Source of the DNA: Heterodontus francisci
Taxonomy: Eukaryota
Direction of reading: 5' to 3'
NCBI RefSeq assembly: GCF_036365525.1
Contig: NC_090380.1
Location: 72,715,757 to 72,779,756, forward strand
DNA length: 64,000 bases
The notes below the pieces were generated by a model. It was not told the origin of the DNA. It did no database searches and worked only from the letters and a program-made list of their open reading frames with translations. The translations under genes and the position numbers were made by a program. Shown here one piece after another: positions 1 to 13,420 of the stretch. Within the stretch, counting starts at the first letter, position 1; each line of letters begins with the position of its first letter.

Positions 1-37
1 TGCAGTGCATCTTGTTTATAATACACATTGCAGCCAC

Positions 38-870
38 ATAAAACAATAGAAACATGGAAATCATGTACGGCACAGAAGGAGGCCAGTTGGTCATTGTGTC
101 TACGCCAACTAAAAAAGGTTATCCTGCCTAATACCACCTTCCAGCTCTTGGTCTGTAGTGCTGTAGGTTATGGCACCTCAATTGAATATTCAAGTATTTT
201 TCAAATGTGATGGGTTTTTTTTTGCCTCTTCCACCCTTTCAGGCAGTGAGTTCCAGACCCCACCACCGTCTGGGTGAAATATTTTTCCTCAACTCCCCTC
301 TAACCCTTCTACCAATTACTTTAACTCTATGCCCCTGGTTATTGACCTCTATGCTAACAGAAATAGGTCCTTCTTATCCACTCTGTCTCGGCCTCTCATA
401 ATTTTATGCATCTCAAACAAATCTCCCCTCTGTTTCAAAGAAAACAGACCCAGCCTATCCAATATTTCCTCATAGCTAAAATACTCTATTCCTGGCAATA
501 TCCTCGCAATCCCTTCTGTACCCTCTGTAGTGTGATCACATCCTTCCTCTAAAGTGATGACCAGAACAGTATAGAGTACTCTAGCTGAGTCAAACTAGTG
601 TTATACAGTTCTAGCATAACCTACTTGGACTTATACTCTTGTCCTCAGCCAATAAAAGAAAGTATACCATATGCTATCTTCACCACCTTATCTACCTGTC
701 CCACTGTCTTCAGGGATCTGTAGACATACACTCAAAGCTCTCTCTGTTCCGCTATATTTTTCAGAATCCTACCATTTATTGTGTATTTCCTTGCCATGTT
801 TGTCCTCCCCAAATGCATTACCTCACACTTCTCAGGATTCAATTCCACTTGCCACTTTTCTGCCCACCTG
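38..870 (-). mobile_element. CR1 LINE 3' fragment
   Basis: Minus-strand WAEKWQVELNPEKCEVMHLGRTN plus degraded downstream ORF2 and 3' UTR. Confidence 0.85.
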
Positions 871-1697
871 ACCTGAAATATAATGTGGGAGAGTGTGAAC
901 TTGACCACTTTCACCAAAAGAATAGAAAAGCAACATATTATTTAAATGGAGAGAGATTGCAGAACTCTGAGATGCAGAGGGATCTGGGTGTCCTAGTACA
1001 CGAAACACAAAAAATTAGTATGCAGGTACACCAAGTGATTAAGAAGGCAAATGCAATGTTGTTGTTTATTGCAAGGGGAATGGAATATGAAAGTAGAGAT
1101 GTTTTGCTACAGTTGTACAGGGCATTGGTGAGACCACATCTAGAGTACTGTGTACAGTTTTGGTTTCCTTACTTAAGAAAGGATATAATTGTATTGGAAG
1201 CAGTTCAGAGAATGATGGCTGATTCCTGGGATGAGAGGGTTATCTTAGGAAAAATTGGACAGGTTGGGTCTATATTCGTTGGAGTTTAGAAGAATGGGAG
1301 GTGATCTTATTAAAACATATAAAATCCTGAGGGGACTTGACAGGATGGATGTTGAAAAGATGTTTTCCCCTTGTGGGAGAGACTAAAACTAGGGTCCACA
1401 GTTTGAAAATAAGGGGTTTCCCATTTAAGATAGAGCTGAAAAGAATTTTTTTCTCTCGGAGGGTCGTGAGTCTGTGTAACTCTCTTCCCTCAAGAGCAGT
1501 GGAGGCCGGGTTATTGAATGTTTTTAAGGCAGAGATAGACTGATTCTTGACAAACAAGGGAATCAAAGAGTATCGGGGGTAGGCAGGAAAGTGAAGTTGC
1601 GTCCACAAACAGATCAGCCATGATCTTATAGAATGGCAAAGGAGGCTTGAGGGGCCAAATAGCCTACTTCTGCTCCTAATTTGTATGCTTGTATGCA
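871..1697 (+). mobile_element. CR1 LINE 3' fragment
   Basis: QRDLGVLVH...LYRALVRPHLEYCVQFW, FFSRRVVSLCNSLP, CR1 3' UTR with a short tandem tail. Confidence 0.9.
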
Positions 1698-2322
1698 GCT
1701 TTGGAGGACAGAAATGGAAGTGTAGCACAAATCGCAGCTTCCAGACTATAGCAACCATTGTGTCTCAGGACACCAGTACACATTAAGACTCTGCTTTCCC
1801 CATCAAACCATGCCAGTGGATCATAGAAGATGAGACTAGGCTGCCGAAGAGCAAGCACCAGAAGTGCAGCCAGTATCATTTTCCCAAGAGATTAGGCCAT
1901 CTCAGTCCGGTGATCTTTTTGTACAGCATAAGCAGTTAATTACTTATTGTGCTTCAGGCCATCAGGTTATAGTGAGAAAAAGCACAAGAATAGATTAAAT
2001 GAAAAGAAACCTACAGGCATCCAGGGAAAGATGGTATTAAGAAAGATTAGTTTGATTGTTGGCAGTTTGGAATTCAACCTAACAAAATACAGTGCACTGT
2101 ATGACGCTTTGTTATTGATGGAAATTAAAGTCATTCAGGAAAATGTGCCAGTGGTCTGATTTTGTGAGAAGCAAGTAGAGGCAGAATGGAAAAAATTTGC
2201 TTTAATAAGAATTACCTAGCTGCAGAATTCTGTAATCAAAATCTCCAGACTCATCTGTCTTGTCATTTCACCCTGCATCAGCTGATCCTGACAACTGCAG
2301 CATCTCATAATTCATAGTCTAT

Positions 2323-2930
2323 GGGCTGAGTTTTACCAGCCCTTTTGGGGATGAGCTAGAAGGTGGGAAGGCTGGTAAAATAGCGTGGGAAGGTGTTGGG
2401 GGAGTGCCCAATATCTTCCCACCGCCGTACCATTTTACCAGCAGCGGGAAACGTGGCAGATTGGCCACCCGCCAGCAACCCAGTTGAACCAGTTAAGTGG
2501 CAAATAAAGGGCCATTTCCCACCTCCAGAGGCATTTTGCCTGTGTCGGGGCGGGGGGCTCACAGTGAGCTGCGGGGGGAGGGGAGCCTGCTTTTTGGGGA
2601 CTCCATGGCTTGAGGGTCCCCTAGCAGCAATGGCCCAATGGCAATGGCACTGCCTGTGCTCAGTGAACAGGAACCCCCCCAACCACCGATCATGGGGGCC
2701 TGCCTGCCTGACCCCAGCATCGCCAGACCCCACTTTCCTCGAGGGTGCCAGGCCATCGATGCACTCTCATTCTGCAGATGTAGGTGCTGCCCCAGCAATG
2801 GGCACTGCTATATCTTGGGGGCAGACCACTGTCCTGAATTTGATGGTGGTGGCAATATGCCACCACAGGCCGAAGCAGTGGCGGCTCCCACTTTCAGCCC
2901 CGGCGGTAGGACTGCTGCCTCCTCCAAAAA
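2323..2930. mobile_element. Non-autonomous DNA transposon fragment (PIF/Harbinger-type MITE-like)
   Basis: Starts gggctgagttttac, similar to the termini at 22567/23339 and 24846, with a GC-rich interior of similar character. Right end unclear. Confidence 0.45.
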
Positions 2931-4662
2931 GTTCTGCCATAAATTACCAGAAATACTCGATCAGTACAAACACAGGAAACGCACGGCTGCTTTGTCACTG
3001 GCTCTCACTCTGACATATGTAAATGAAGCCTGTGGGACCTGGCAGGCAGATTGTGGAAAGGCTCAAAGGCCACATGAAAATGCAGGGGGAGTGCTTTGAA
3101 GGTGCACAACCTGCGCCTGCCTTTTTCAGTTGTACTTAATGGAAGTTGGAATGCAGCTGTAAATCTAGGTAATACATTTTTAGTGTAATTATACCATCTT
3201 TAGATTAATTCCAAATTACATTCATTGTAGTAAGCCAGCAAGGCCAAGACTCCATTTTGTACTAACACTGTGCCAATTTGTATTCTTTGTTTTATAATTA
3301 CTCACGTATTAATTAAAGTTTAATACATAATTAGCAACCAGCCAGAAATATATGATTGACCAATTAATGTACCTCAGTTAAGTTTTACATAACATAAGAA
3401 CTAGGAGCAGGAGTAGGCAATTCAGCCCCTCGAGCCTCCTCCGCCATTCAATACGATCATAGCTGATCTCATAGCCTCAACTCCACTTTCCTGCCCATTC
3501 TCCATAACCCTTCAACTCATTTCTAATTAAAAAATCTGTCTCTCTCCTCCTTAAATTTACCCACTGTTGCGGCATCCACCGCACTCTGGGGTAGTGAATT
3601 CCACAGACTGACGACCCTTTGAGAGAAGTAATTTCTCCTCATCTCTGTTTTAAATCTGCTACCCCTTATCCTAAAACTATGACCTCTCGTTCTAGATTGC
3701 CCCACCAGAGGAAACATCCTCTCTATGTCTACTTTGTCAATCCCCTTAATCATCTTATATACCTCAATTAGATCTCCTCTCATTCTTCTGAACTCCAGAG
3801 AGTAAAGGCCTAAACTGCTCAATCTCTCTTCATAAGACAAGCCCCCCATCTCTGGAATCAATCTAGTGAACCTCCTCTGAACTGCCTCCAATGCAACTAC
3901 ATCCTTTCTCAAGTAAGGGGACCAAAACTGTACGCAGTACTCCAGGTGCGGTCTCAACAATGCCTTGTACAGTTGCAGCAACACTTCCCTACTTTTATAC
4001 TCTATTCCTTTAGCAATAAATGCCAAAATTCTATTTGCCTTCCTTATCACCTGCTGTACCTGCTAACTAGTTTTCTGCGATTCATGCACAAGGACACCCG
4101 CATCCCTCTGCACTGAAGCACTCTGAAGTTTCTCTCCATTTAGATGATAATTTGCCTTTCTATTCTTCCAACCAAAATGGATAACCTCACACTTATCGAC
4201 GTTAAAATCCATCTGCCAAATTTTGGCCCATTTATCTAATCCATCCATATCCATTTGTAGATTTCTTATTTCTTTATTGCAACTTACTATCCCACCTATT
4301 TTAGTGTCATCTGCAAATTTGGCTATAGCACCTTCTATCCCTGCATCCAAGTCATTTATATAGATTGTAAATTGTTGGGGCCTGAGGATCGAACCCTGTG
4401 GCACCCCACTAGTTACATCTTGCCAACCAGAAAAAGACCCATTTATCCCGACTCTCTGTTTCTGTTGGTTAGCCAATCCTCTATCCAAGCCAATGAATTG
4501 CCCCTAACCCCATGTGAACGTACCTTGCATATTAACCTTTTGTGAGGCACCTTATCAAATGCCTTCTGGAAGTCCAGATAAACTACATCTACAGGATCCC
4601 CATTATCCACTTTGCTTGTTACAGCTTCGAAAAACTCTAGCAAATTAGTCAAACATGATTTT

Positions 4663-6106
4663 TTTTCTTCTTCTTCTTTGGCCTCTTTGTCTCAGGAGAC
4701 AATGGGTAAGCGCCTGGAGGTGGTCAGTGGTTTGTGGAGCAGCGCCTGGAGTGGCTATAAAGGCCAATACTAGAGTGACAGACTCTTCCACAGGTGCTGC
4801 AGAAAAAATTGGTTGTCGGGGCTGTTACACAGTTGGCTCTCCCCTTGTGCTTCTGTCTTTTTTCCTGCCAACTGCTAAGTCTCTTCGACTCGCCACATTT
4901 TAGCCCCGCCTTTATGGCTGCCCGCCAGCTCTGGCGATCGCTGGCAACTGACTCCCACAACTTGTGATCAATGTTACAGGACTTCATGTCGCGTTTGCAG
5001 ACGTCTTTAAAGCGGAGACATGGACGGCCGGTGGGTCTGATACCAGTGGCGAGCTCGCTGTACAATGTGTCCTTGGGGATCCTGCCATCTTCCATGCGGC
5101 TCACATGGCCAAGCCATCTCAAGCGCCGCTGACTCAGTAGTGTGTATAAGCTGGGGATGTTGGCCGCTTCGAGGACTACTGTGTTGGAGATGCGGTCCTG
5201 CCACCTGATGCCAGGAATTCTCCGGAGGCAGCGAAGATGGAATGAATTGAGACGTCGCTCTTGGCTGACATACGTTGTCCAGGCCTCGCTGCCGTAGAGC
5301 AAGGTACTGAGGACACATGCTTGATACACTTGGACTTTTGTGTTCTGTGTCAGTGCGCCATATTCCCACATTCTCTTGGCCAGTCTGGACATAGCAGTGG
5401 AAACCTTTCTCATGCGCTTGTTGATTTCTGCATCGAGAGACAGGTTACTGGTGATAGCCTAGGTAGGTGAACTCTTGAACCCCTTCCAGATCGTGGTCGC
5501 CGATATTGATGGATGGAGCATTTCTGACGTCCTGTCTCATGATGTTCGTTTTCTTGAGGCTGATGGTTAGGCCAAATTCGTTGCAGGCAGCCGCAAACCT
5601 GTCGATGAGACTCTGCAGACACTCTTCAGTGTGAGATGTTAATGCAGCATCGTCAGCAAAGAGGAATTCCCTGATGTGGACTTTCCGTACTTTGGTTTTC
5701 GCTCTTAGGCGGGCAAGGTTGAACAACCTGCCACCTGATCTTGTGTGGAGGAAAATTCCTTCTTCTGAAGACTTGAACGCGTGTGAGTGCAGCAGGGAGA
5801 AGAAAAGCCCAGTGTGGGTGCGAGAACATAGCCCTGTTTCACGCCACTCAGGATAGGAAAGGGGTCTGATGAGGCGCTGCTATGCTGAATTGTGCCTTTC
5901 ATATTGTCATGGAATGAGGTGATGATACTTAGTAGCTTTGGTGGACATCCGATCTTTTCTAGTAGTCTGAAGAGACCACGTCTGCTGACGAGGTCAAAGG
6001 CTTTGGTGAGATCAATGAAAGCAACGTAGAGGGGCATCTGTTGTTCGCGGCATTTCTCCTGTAGCTGACGAAGGGAGAACAGCATGTTAATGGTCGATCT
6101 CTCTGC
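4663..6106 (-). mobile_element. 5'-truncated RTE-clade LINE with frameshifts
   Basis: FIDLTKAFD, GVKQG, LFADDAAL, RRLRWLGHV, C-terminal CSTC...H finger and a (GAA)n tail. Inserted into the CR1 between QHGFMK and the TNLLEFF motif. Confidence 0.93.
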
Positions 6107-7262
6107 CTTCATAAAACCATGCTGACTCTGATGGATTGCGTTTTGACTTTCTAAATGTCCTGTTATTACTTCCTTAATAATGGATTCTAACAATTTCCCA
6201 ATGACAGATGTTAAACTAACTGGTCTATAGTTTCCTACTTTCTGCCTCCCTCCCTTTTTGAATAAGGGCGTTACATTAGCTTTTTTCCAATCCACTGGAA
6301 CCTTTCCCGCATCCAGAAAATTTTGGAAAATTATAACCAATGGATCCACTATCTCCACTGCCACTTCCTTTAAGACCCTAGGTCCTGGGGACTCGTCTGC
6401 CTTCAATCCCAATAGTTTGCTCAGTACTTTTTCCCAAGTGATGATGATTGTTCTAAGTTCCTCCTTTTCTATAACCTCTGCATTACCTGGTACTATTGGG
6501 ATGGGACTAGTGTCCTCCACCGTGAAAACTGAAGCAAAATACTGATTTAGTGTCTCTGCCATTTCTGTTTTCCCTTCTATTAACTCCCCAGTCTCATCCT
6601 CCAACGGACCAACATTCACTTTAGCTACTCTCTTCCCTTTTATATACTTATAGAAACTTTTGCTATCTGTTTTTATATTTTGCGCTAGTTTTCTTTCATA
6701 GTTTACCTTTGCTCTTTTTATTACTTTTTTAGTAACCCTTTGTTGATCTTTAAGTTTCCCAATCTTCTGGCCTTTGCAATATTGTATGCCTTAGTTATTG
6801 TCTTTATGTTATCCTTAACTTCCTTGCTTAGCTATGGATGTTTTTTCCCCCTCCTAGAATCTTTCTTCTTTGGAATATATTTTAGTTGGGATAAATTGAA
6901 TATCTCCTTAAACATCTGCCACTGCTCATCACCTGTCCTACCTGGTAGTCTTCCTGCCCAGTCCACTAGGGCCAAATCTGTCCTCATGCCTATATAATTA
7001 CCTTTGTTTAACTCCAGAACGCTCATGTGGGACTCCAGCTTCTTGCCTTCAAACTGAATTTGAAATTCTAGCATGCTATGATCACTTTTCCCTCGAGGAT
7101 CCTTAACAATGAGATCATTAGTTAATCCCACCTCATTACACAATACCAAATCTAGAATAGCCTGCTCCCTGCTTGATTCCACAACATATTGCTCCAATAA
7201 ACAATCTCTAATACATTCAATGAACTCTCCCTCGAGGCTACCCTTGCCAATTTGACTAATCT

Positions 7263-8410
7263 AGACCCTGCAGAGATACTTGTACGTGGAGCGTCCTCCC
7301 AGATGGTGTGCGCTGGCGATGTATTTTCTCCGCCAGTGCCACTGCCTTCAAGACGACACGCAGCTCCCGGCGGAGTCCATTAGCCGCGCCTCTCTGAGGG
7401 AGTTGCCTGTCTTTTACCAGGATCTATTCTGAGTCTGGAACATGGTCGCCTCCAGTCAGGGCGCTCCCCCGCCGGTGGAGGAGAGCGCCTCAGCTGTCTG
7501 GGCGGCCGACTCCGGGGACGGACCAGCGGGCGGAGGAGTAGCCAAAGCCCCCGGGACGCCCCTCGCTGCAGGTGGCGAGGGGGCTCGGGAGTGCGGACTC
7601 CCGGCCGAGTTGACCCCCACTCGGCCGGAACTGCTCATCGGACCCAGGCCCCGAAACCCTCCTTGGGAGCTGGTCCCACACAACCCAAGCCGCCTCTCGG
7701 AAATGCCCTCCGTGCCATTCCAATCGGCGCGGAGGGGTTTCCTGTACAGGCTGCTCCTGCACACTCTCCACTTACTCGCCCTAGTCAGCCGGCCGGACAC
7801 GCCCTGGCAGTCCACGTTGCCGTCTGGCGGCGAGAGGAAACTCCGATGGAGGTCTCTCTATGCGGGAGTCCTCCCCCTTTACATCGGGGACCTGGGGTGG
7901 AGGGTGTTGCACAGGGTAGTCCCATGCAGTAGGTTCACGGACTCCCAGGCCGCCTGTACTTTCTGCAGCCTGGACGAGTCCGTGTTTCACATATATATGG
8001 AGTGTGCGAGGTTGCATCCCCTGTTTGAGTATTTGAAGGGGCTGCTCCACAAGTTCTGGCTGCACTTCAGTCCCATCTCCTGATCTTTGGGCACCCGGTG
8101 CGGGGGGGCATGGGCTGGGAGGAGGATCTCCTCATCGGTCTGCTCCTGGGCCTAGTCAAGGTGGCAATTCACAGGTCCAGGCTGTGGGCCGTCGGGTGTC
8201 CATCCTCCCTGATTGCCTGCCCCTCTTCCGCGGTTACGTTTGCCCCGGGTGTCCCTGGAGAAGGAGCATGCGGTGTCTGCCTGTACGCTTGAGGCCTTCC
8301 GCGACCGGTGGGCACCGCAGGGACTGGAGTGCATTGTCGATGCCGAGAATGGCATTTTAATTTGAGTTTTTTCTTTATTTATCTGTTTTTAATAACGTTT
8401 TTTTTAAAAA
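7263..8410 (+). mobile_element. Tx1-clade LINE 3' fragment
   Basis: GDLGWRVLHRVV..CTFCSLDESVFHIYMECARL (zf-RVT-like CCHC region of the L1/Tx1 group), GC-rich, AT-rich 3' end. Confidence 0.75.
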
Positions 8411-8508
8411 AATGTATATAAAGGGGGCCTGAGGATTAAAGGCCCCCTTGACATGAAATATATAAAAGGGGCCTGGGGTATAAATGCCACCAGTAGACGA
8501 AAAAAACG

Positions 8509-8648
8509 GGGTTAGATAGAGTAAAGCTCCCTCTACACTGTCCCATCAAAAGTCCCAGAACAGGTACAGCATTGGGTTAGATACAGAGTAAAGCTCCCTC
8601 TACACTGTCCCCTTCAAACACTCCCAGGGCAGGTACAGCACAGGGTAG
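8509..8648. repeat. Two diverged copies of a ~66-bp unit (GGGTTAGATACAGAGTAAAGCTCCCTCTACACTGTCCC...CAGGTACAGCA)
   Basis: Direct repeat at ~8509-8573 and ~8574-8642. Confidence 0.8.
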
Positions 8649-10294
8649 GAAAAAAAAGGGGGAAAAATGGACTAATCCAGTCTATATGCATATTAAAATC
8701 ACCCATGATTATTGCTGTACCTTTCTTACAAACCCCCAGTATTTCCTGGTTTATACTGTGCCCCACTGCGGAACTACTGTTTGGGGACCTATAGATTACG
8801 CCCACCAGTGACTTCTTTCCCTTGCTATTTCTTATTTCTACCCAGACTGATCTCCAGTGCCTCTATCGTTTCTCACTACAGTACTGATCTCTTCCTTCAC
8901 TAACAAAGCTACACTACCTCCTTTTCCTCCCTGTCTATCCTTCCGAAATACTGAGTACCCTTGGATATTCAATTCCCAAACCTGGTTTCCCTGCAATCAC
9001 CTCTCAGTAATCGCCACTAAATCATACCCATTTGTCTCTATTTGCGCTGTTAACTCATTTATTTTACTCTGAATTCTTCGTGCATTCAGATGCAAAGCCT
9101 TTAAGTTTGTTCTGTTATTAAATTTCACTACTCTTGTGCGATTCCTTGGTGCAATATGATGTTCACATGTTCTGTCCCTTCCTTTTATTTTCTGGTAATA
9201 GCCTCACCACTAACCTGCACTCCTACCTTCTCCTTTAACTTCCTGTTTTTCCATGCAACTGAACCCTCCACCCCGCCCCCCCCCCCTCCACCCACCCACT
9301 ATTTAGTTTAAAGCCCTATCTACAGCCCTAGTTATGCGATTCGCCAGGACTCTGGTCCCAGCATGATTCAATTTTAATTGAAGAAATATTAAAATAATCA
9401 AGTAGTCATGTTAGGACTGGATTATATTTAAAAAGCTTGTAGTTTAAAAGTACTAATTTGCTGCTATAAGATTCTGCCCTTTGGATGAGCATCAAATCAG
9501 ATATCGTGTGCTAAACTGATACCACTCTGGCCTTGACTATCTCAACGATGAAACTAAACAATAGGCAATTATACGAAGTCAGATAGCAAAAGGCTCAATG
9601 AAAGAAACAACGTTCCTTTGAATGGACAATATACACAGGTAGTCAAACTCCAATTAAACCAATAATTAAATTAACCAATTATGAAATTACACAAACATGG
9701 TCTGAGATGAGGTATTGATAATTTAAGGGACATCTTTGCTAGCTGATCATGTACTGGATGCTTCCAAAGGCAGAATTCGAAAGAATTGCTGTCAATAAAG
9801 CAACTTGAGGAAAGCGACAACTTTGTATCAACCTGATCACCTGATTGAAGCTGTAAAAGACTGTTTTGTTTTGATAAATATTTGTTTGATTTTATTGGGT
9901 TAATTTGAGTTAGTTAATTGCATAATCAAGAAGTAAATTAAATTAAAATACTCAACATACAAAAAAAACCTGTATAACCTCCACCTCCAGTGTGACTGCA
10001 CTCTTTCTCTTTTCAAGGCTCCTTTGGGTCTGCCTTATGGAATTTGTCCCTTCAAGCACAATTTTTCATTTAACAAGTTTAGAACTGTCTTCATGTTACT
10101 TCACAATGTTGGCCTCAAGTAGCGTGTTCAGAAAATGACCATGTATTGCCTTCTGAGTGTCCCAGAATATATGTTCTTATAATTTTGTTACAATAATAAA
10201 ACTGAGGCAAGAGGTCAAGTTGTAACCTTTGGGAAAATTTTGCTTTTCTTCTATCGAGATCAATCTCCCTACATTGGAACTACAGAACCATACA

Positions 10295-12840
10295 GGCTTA
10301 CTAGGAAACCAGGAAAAATGTAAAGAACAACACCATTGCAATCATCGACCTGACCAAATCATTTGACTCAGTGGCTCACGAGGCTCTGTGGATTTTGCTC
10401 CAAAGATTTGGATGTCCAAGAAACTTCATCACAATTCTGCAATTGCACCATGATGATATGACTGCAACTGTCTTGAGTATGAGATCTGAAACAGTCAGAC
10501 TGGGGTTAAACAAGCTGCGTGATGGCCCTCATACAATTTACAATCTACCTGATAGTGGAAAATCAGTTGCCATCAGGTGTATCAAATTCCACCTGGATGG
10601 AAAACCCTTTAATCTCAGTCACTTCTGTGCCAAAACTAAACTGACCACCATACTGTTACAAGATTGCTTCTGTTTCTTTTGTAAAATATGTTTTAAGTAC
10701 ATATAGTTGCATTATAGATACTGATTCATCCAGAATCTTGAAGAGATTGCTGAACTTTGTGGGTTTTAAAAAAAAAAAGTCACCAGAAGGTTCCTGGATT
10801 TGGCTAGTAAACAAGTCGTGCTGGAAGGCATCTGTCTGTGGATAATCACCCAGCAGGGGTTATTTTTGACTTGCAGAGATGTTTACAAAGGAGTGACAGA
10901 TCAAGATTTATAGATATAAGAACAAGAAATGCTGGAAATAGCAGGTCTGGCAGCATCTGTGGAGAGAGAAGCAGAGTTAACGTTTCAGGTCAGTGACTCT
11001 TCATCAGAACTGGTAAATGTTAGAAATGTAATAGGTTTTAAGCAAATAAAGCAGGGGTGGGGCAAGAGATAAAAAAGGCAAGGTGTTGATAGGACAGATG
11101 GTCACAGAGAATAACTGACCAGAAGGTCATGGAGCAAAGGCAAATAGTATGTTAGAGGCTTGACTTCTGGAATGTTTTTAGTTTCAGTTTGAACTGTTAC
11201 ATCAGACAGTGGGTTTTTGCCTGCCAGAAGAAGACCCAGCTTAGTTCTCTCTCTCTTGAAAAGCAAATCCCGCATACAGTGTGTCAGTTTCCTATTTCCA
11301 GCTGTGTCTGAAGAAGTCCTACTTATTGACTATGTGGGAACTGAAACAATGTTGCTGCATTTTTGCTGTAAGACCTATCTGAAGCCTCCGTAGTCGCATT
11401 TTTTGGAAAGCCTCTCCAGACTGATATTCAACATTGCCTGGAAAGAACTGTTCTAGGACGATCCTAGTGACAGCTGTCTAGATGCATTTGGGATGCCAAA
11501 CAAAAACCAAGGACAAATATTCAGCCTAAGTGGTTTTCTCTTCCGTTTTCTTTGTAACAGCTATAAACAAAAATCCTTTTTTTTTCTCAGTTAACTGGTG
11601 TGTGTGTGTGTGTATGTTTTACTTCAATTATTGGTTAAGACTTGTTTTATAATAAACTGATAATTTTGTTGTTTATTAAAGAAACCTAGTTGGTGCGTTT
11701 TATTCTGGGAAAAATAGAGTATGTGATTGACCGTATCGGTAAGTGGGAAAATTTAAATATATGTTGTGATCTGTGGAGAATTGGGACTAGACTAAACAGT
11801 GCACTCATCCCCACTAGGTCATAACAGTAGACATACATGATCACAGTTTGTGGATGACTGCAGTGTTGTTGCCCACTCTGCACCAGATTTGCAAGCCACT
11901 CTCAATCTCTTCAATTCTGCATACAAGAGACTCGGCCTGTCCTTGAATGCTGCCAAAGCAAAACTCATATATCAACCCACACCTGGTCAGCCAAATATTC
12001 CATCTCCCATATATGTTGAAGGAGAGTTTTTGGAATATGTTGAGCACTTCCCATACCTTGGAAGCCACCTCTCTCAAAAGGCCACCATTGACAAGGAGAT
12101 CCAACACCAGATCAGCTGCGCCACCTCAGCCTTCTACAAACTACGGCAGTGAGTGTTTGACGACAAAAACCTCTGCAAGTCGACAAAAGTCCTAGTGTAC
12201 AGAGCAGTTGTTGTCACCACACTCCTGTACCGCAGTGAGACCTGGACTATGTATCAGTGACACATAAAAGCACTAGAGAAATTCAATCACCAATACCTCC
12301 GCCACATCCTCCAGAATCAAAAGGAGGACCGTTGAACAAACACTAACTTCATGAAGCCAGCTCCACAAGCATTCAGGCAAAACTCCTGCAAAACCAACTT
12401 CGATGGACTGGACACTGTGGCCGTAAACCATCCCCCTCACCAGGTCCTGTTTTCTCAACTCTCAAATGGCCAGCGTTCCAGGTGAGGACAAAGAAAATGC
12501 TTCAAATACACTCTTGACCTCTCTTTGAAGATTGACACCATTGATATTGATGACTGGGAGGCACTTGCTACCAATCGTTCAAAATAGTGACAACTTGTCC
12601 ATCAAGCAGCATCATGCTTTGAGCCCAAACGCCTTAATGATGAGGCAGAGTGATGGCAAAGAAGGAAAGAAAAGAAAGCAAATCCTGCACTCCGGATCTC
12701 ACTACCTCATTGGATGTCCTGCTCCATGTGCCCAAAGAGCAGTGGGTCGAAAATCGGCCTGATCAGTCACCTGAAGACCCATTACAGAAACTAGCGACCT
12801 TGAGTAGACATCATCCTCGAATCGAGAGACAGCCAATGAC
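10295..12840 (+). mobile_element. Old RTE-clade LINE split by a solo LTR
   Basis: EALWILLQRFGCP..., (A)DDCSVVAHS..LQ, EHFPYLGSHLS, and a decayed C-terminal finger. Many stops. Confidence 0.8.
10654..11826. mobile_element. Solo LTR (with an internal Penelope-like fragment at ~10920-11155)
   Basis: TGTTA...TAACA termini interrupt the RTE coding sequence, which resumes collinearly. The flanks atac/gtag may be a decayed 4-bp TSD. Confidence 0.65.
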
Positions 12841-13420
12841 AACAGGTTTACTATTGTAGCCATTCAGTCCATAGTGTTTGTGCTGCCCCTTAGCTAGTAC
12901 ATTTTAAAACAAACACAAAAGAAAAATACTGCAGATGCTGGAAATTTGAAATCTGACGCAAGATCAGTGACCTGAAACGTTAGATGCTGTCAGACTTGCT
13001 TCCAGCAATTTCTGTTCTCATTCCAAAAGGGAATCTAGCTGCTGGAATGTTCTTATAGCTTGTAGCTTCCTCTGCTTCAAATATTTGTTCTATTTTCCCT
13101 TAAAAGATGCAATCACTTGCTGTGGCTATGCATTCCATACTCCAACAACCCACATTATAATATCTCTCCTAATCTTTGTCCTCATTCTCTTAGTGGCTAT
13201 TTTAGGTTGATTAACCCTGTCATTGACTCTCCAACCAGAGGAAACAGTCTTTCTCTATTGACTTTATTAAAACCTTAATCATTTTAAAAACTTCTATTAA
13301 ATCATCACATAGCCTTTTCTGTTCCAGTGGAAATAGTCCCAGCAACATTCCGTAGATCAGATAGAGAGCCCCTGGTCAATAAGGAGCATCTTGGAATTCT
13401 GTAAAGGATAAAGGAATGCC

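Larger units (their letters stand above)
3388..9370 (-). mobile_element. Long degenerate CR1 LINE interrupted by RTE (4663-6106) and Tx1 (7263-~8650) insertions
   Basis: Collinear pieces: endonuclease (GVIYRSPN, IMGDFNM; AILDLVL..SDH), RT (NYRPVSLTS, YLDFQKAFDKVPH, GVPQGS, KFADDTK), C-terminus (RPHLEYCVQFWSP) and 3' tail. Confidence 0.9.

Noticed and set aside
2356-3099. Overlapping GC-rich ORFs (also 22539-23206, 24726-25331, 51102-51552)
   Set aside because: They fall in MITE-like or low-complexity repeats, where GC or purine bias suppresses stops. No protein motifs.
5705-6619. 304-aa chimeric RT ORF
   Set aside because: Chance in-frame junction between a CR1 and an RTE inserted into it. 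Both are truncated and frameshifted.
9471-9638. Possible exon (ataag|...cag|gtagtc) in unique DNA
   Set aside because: Stops in all three frames and weak splice sites. A non-coding exon cannot be excluded but is unsupported.
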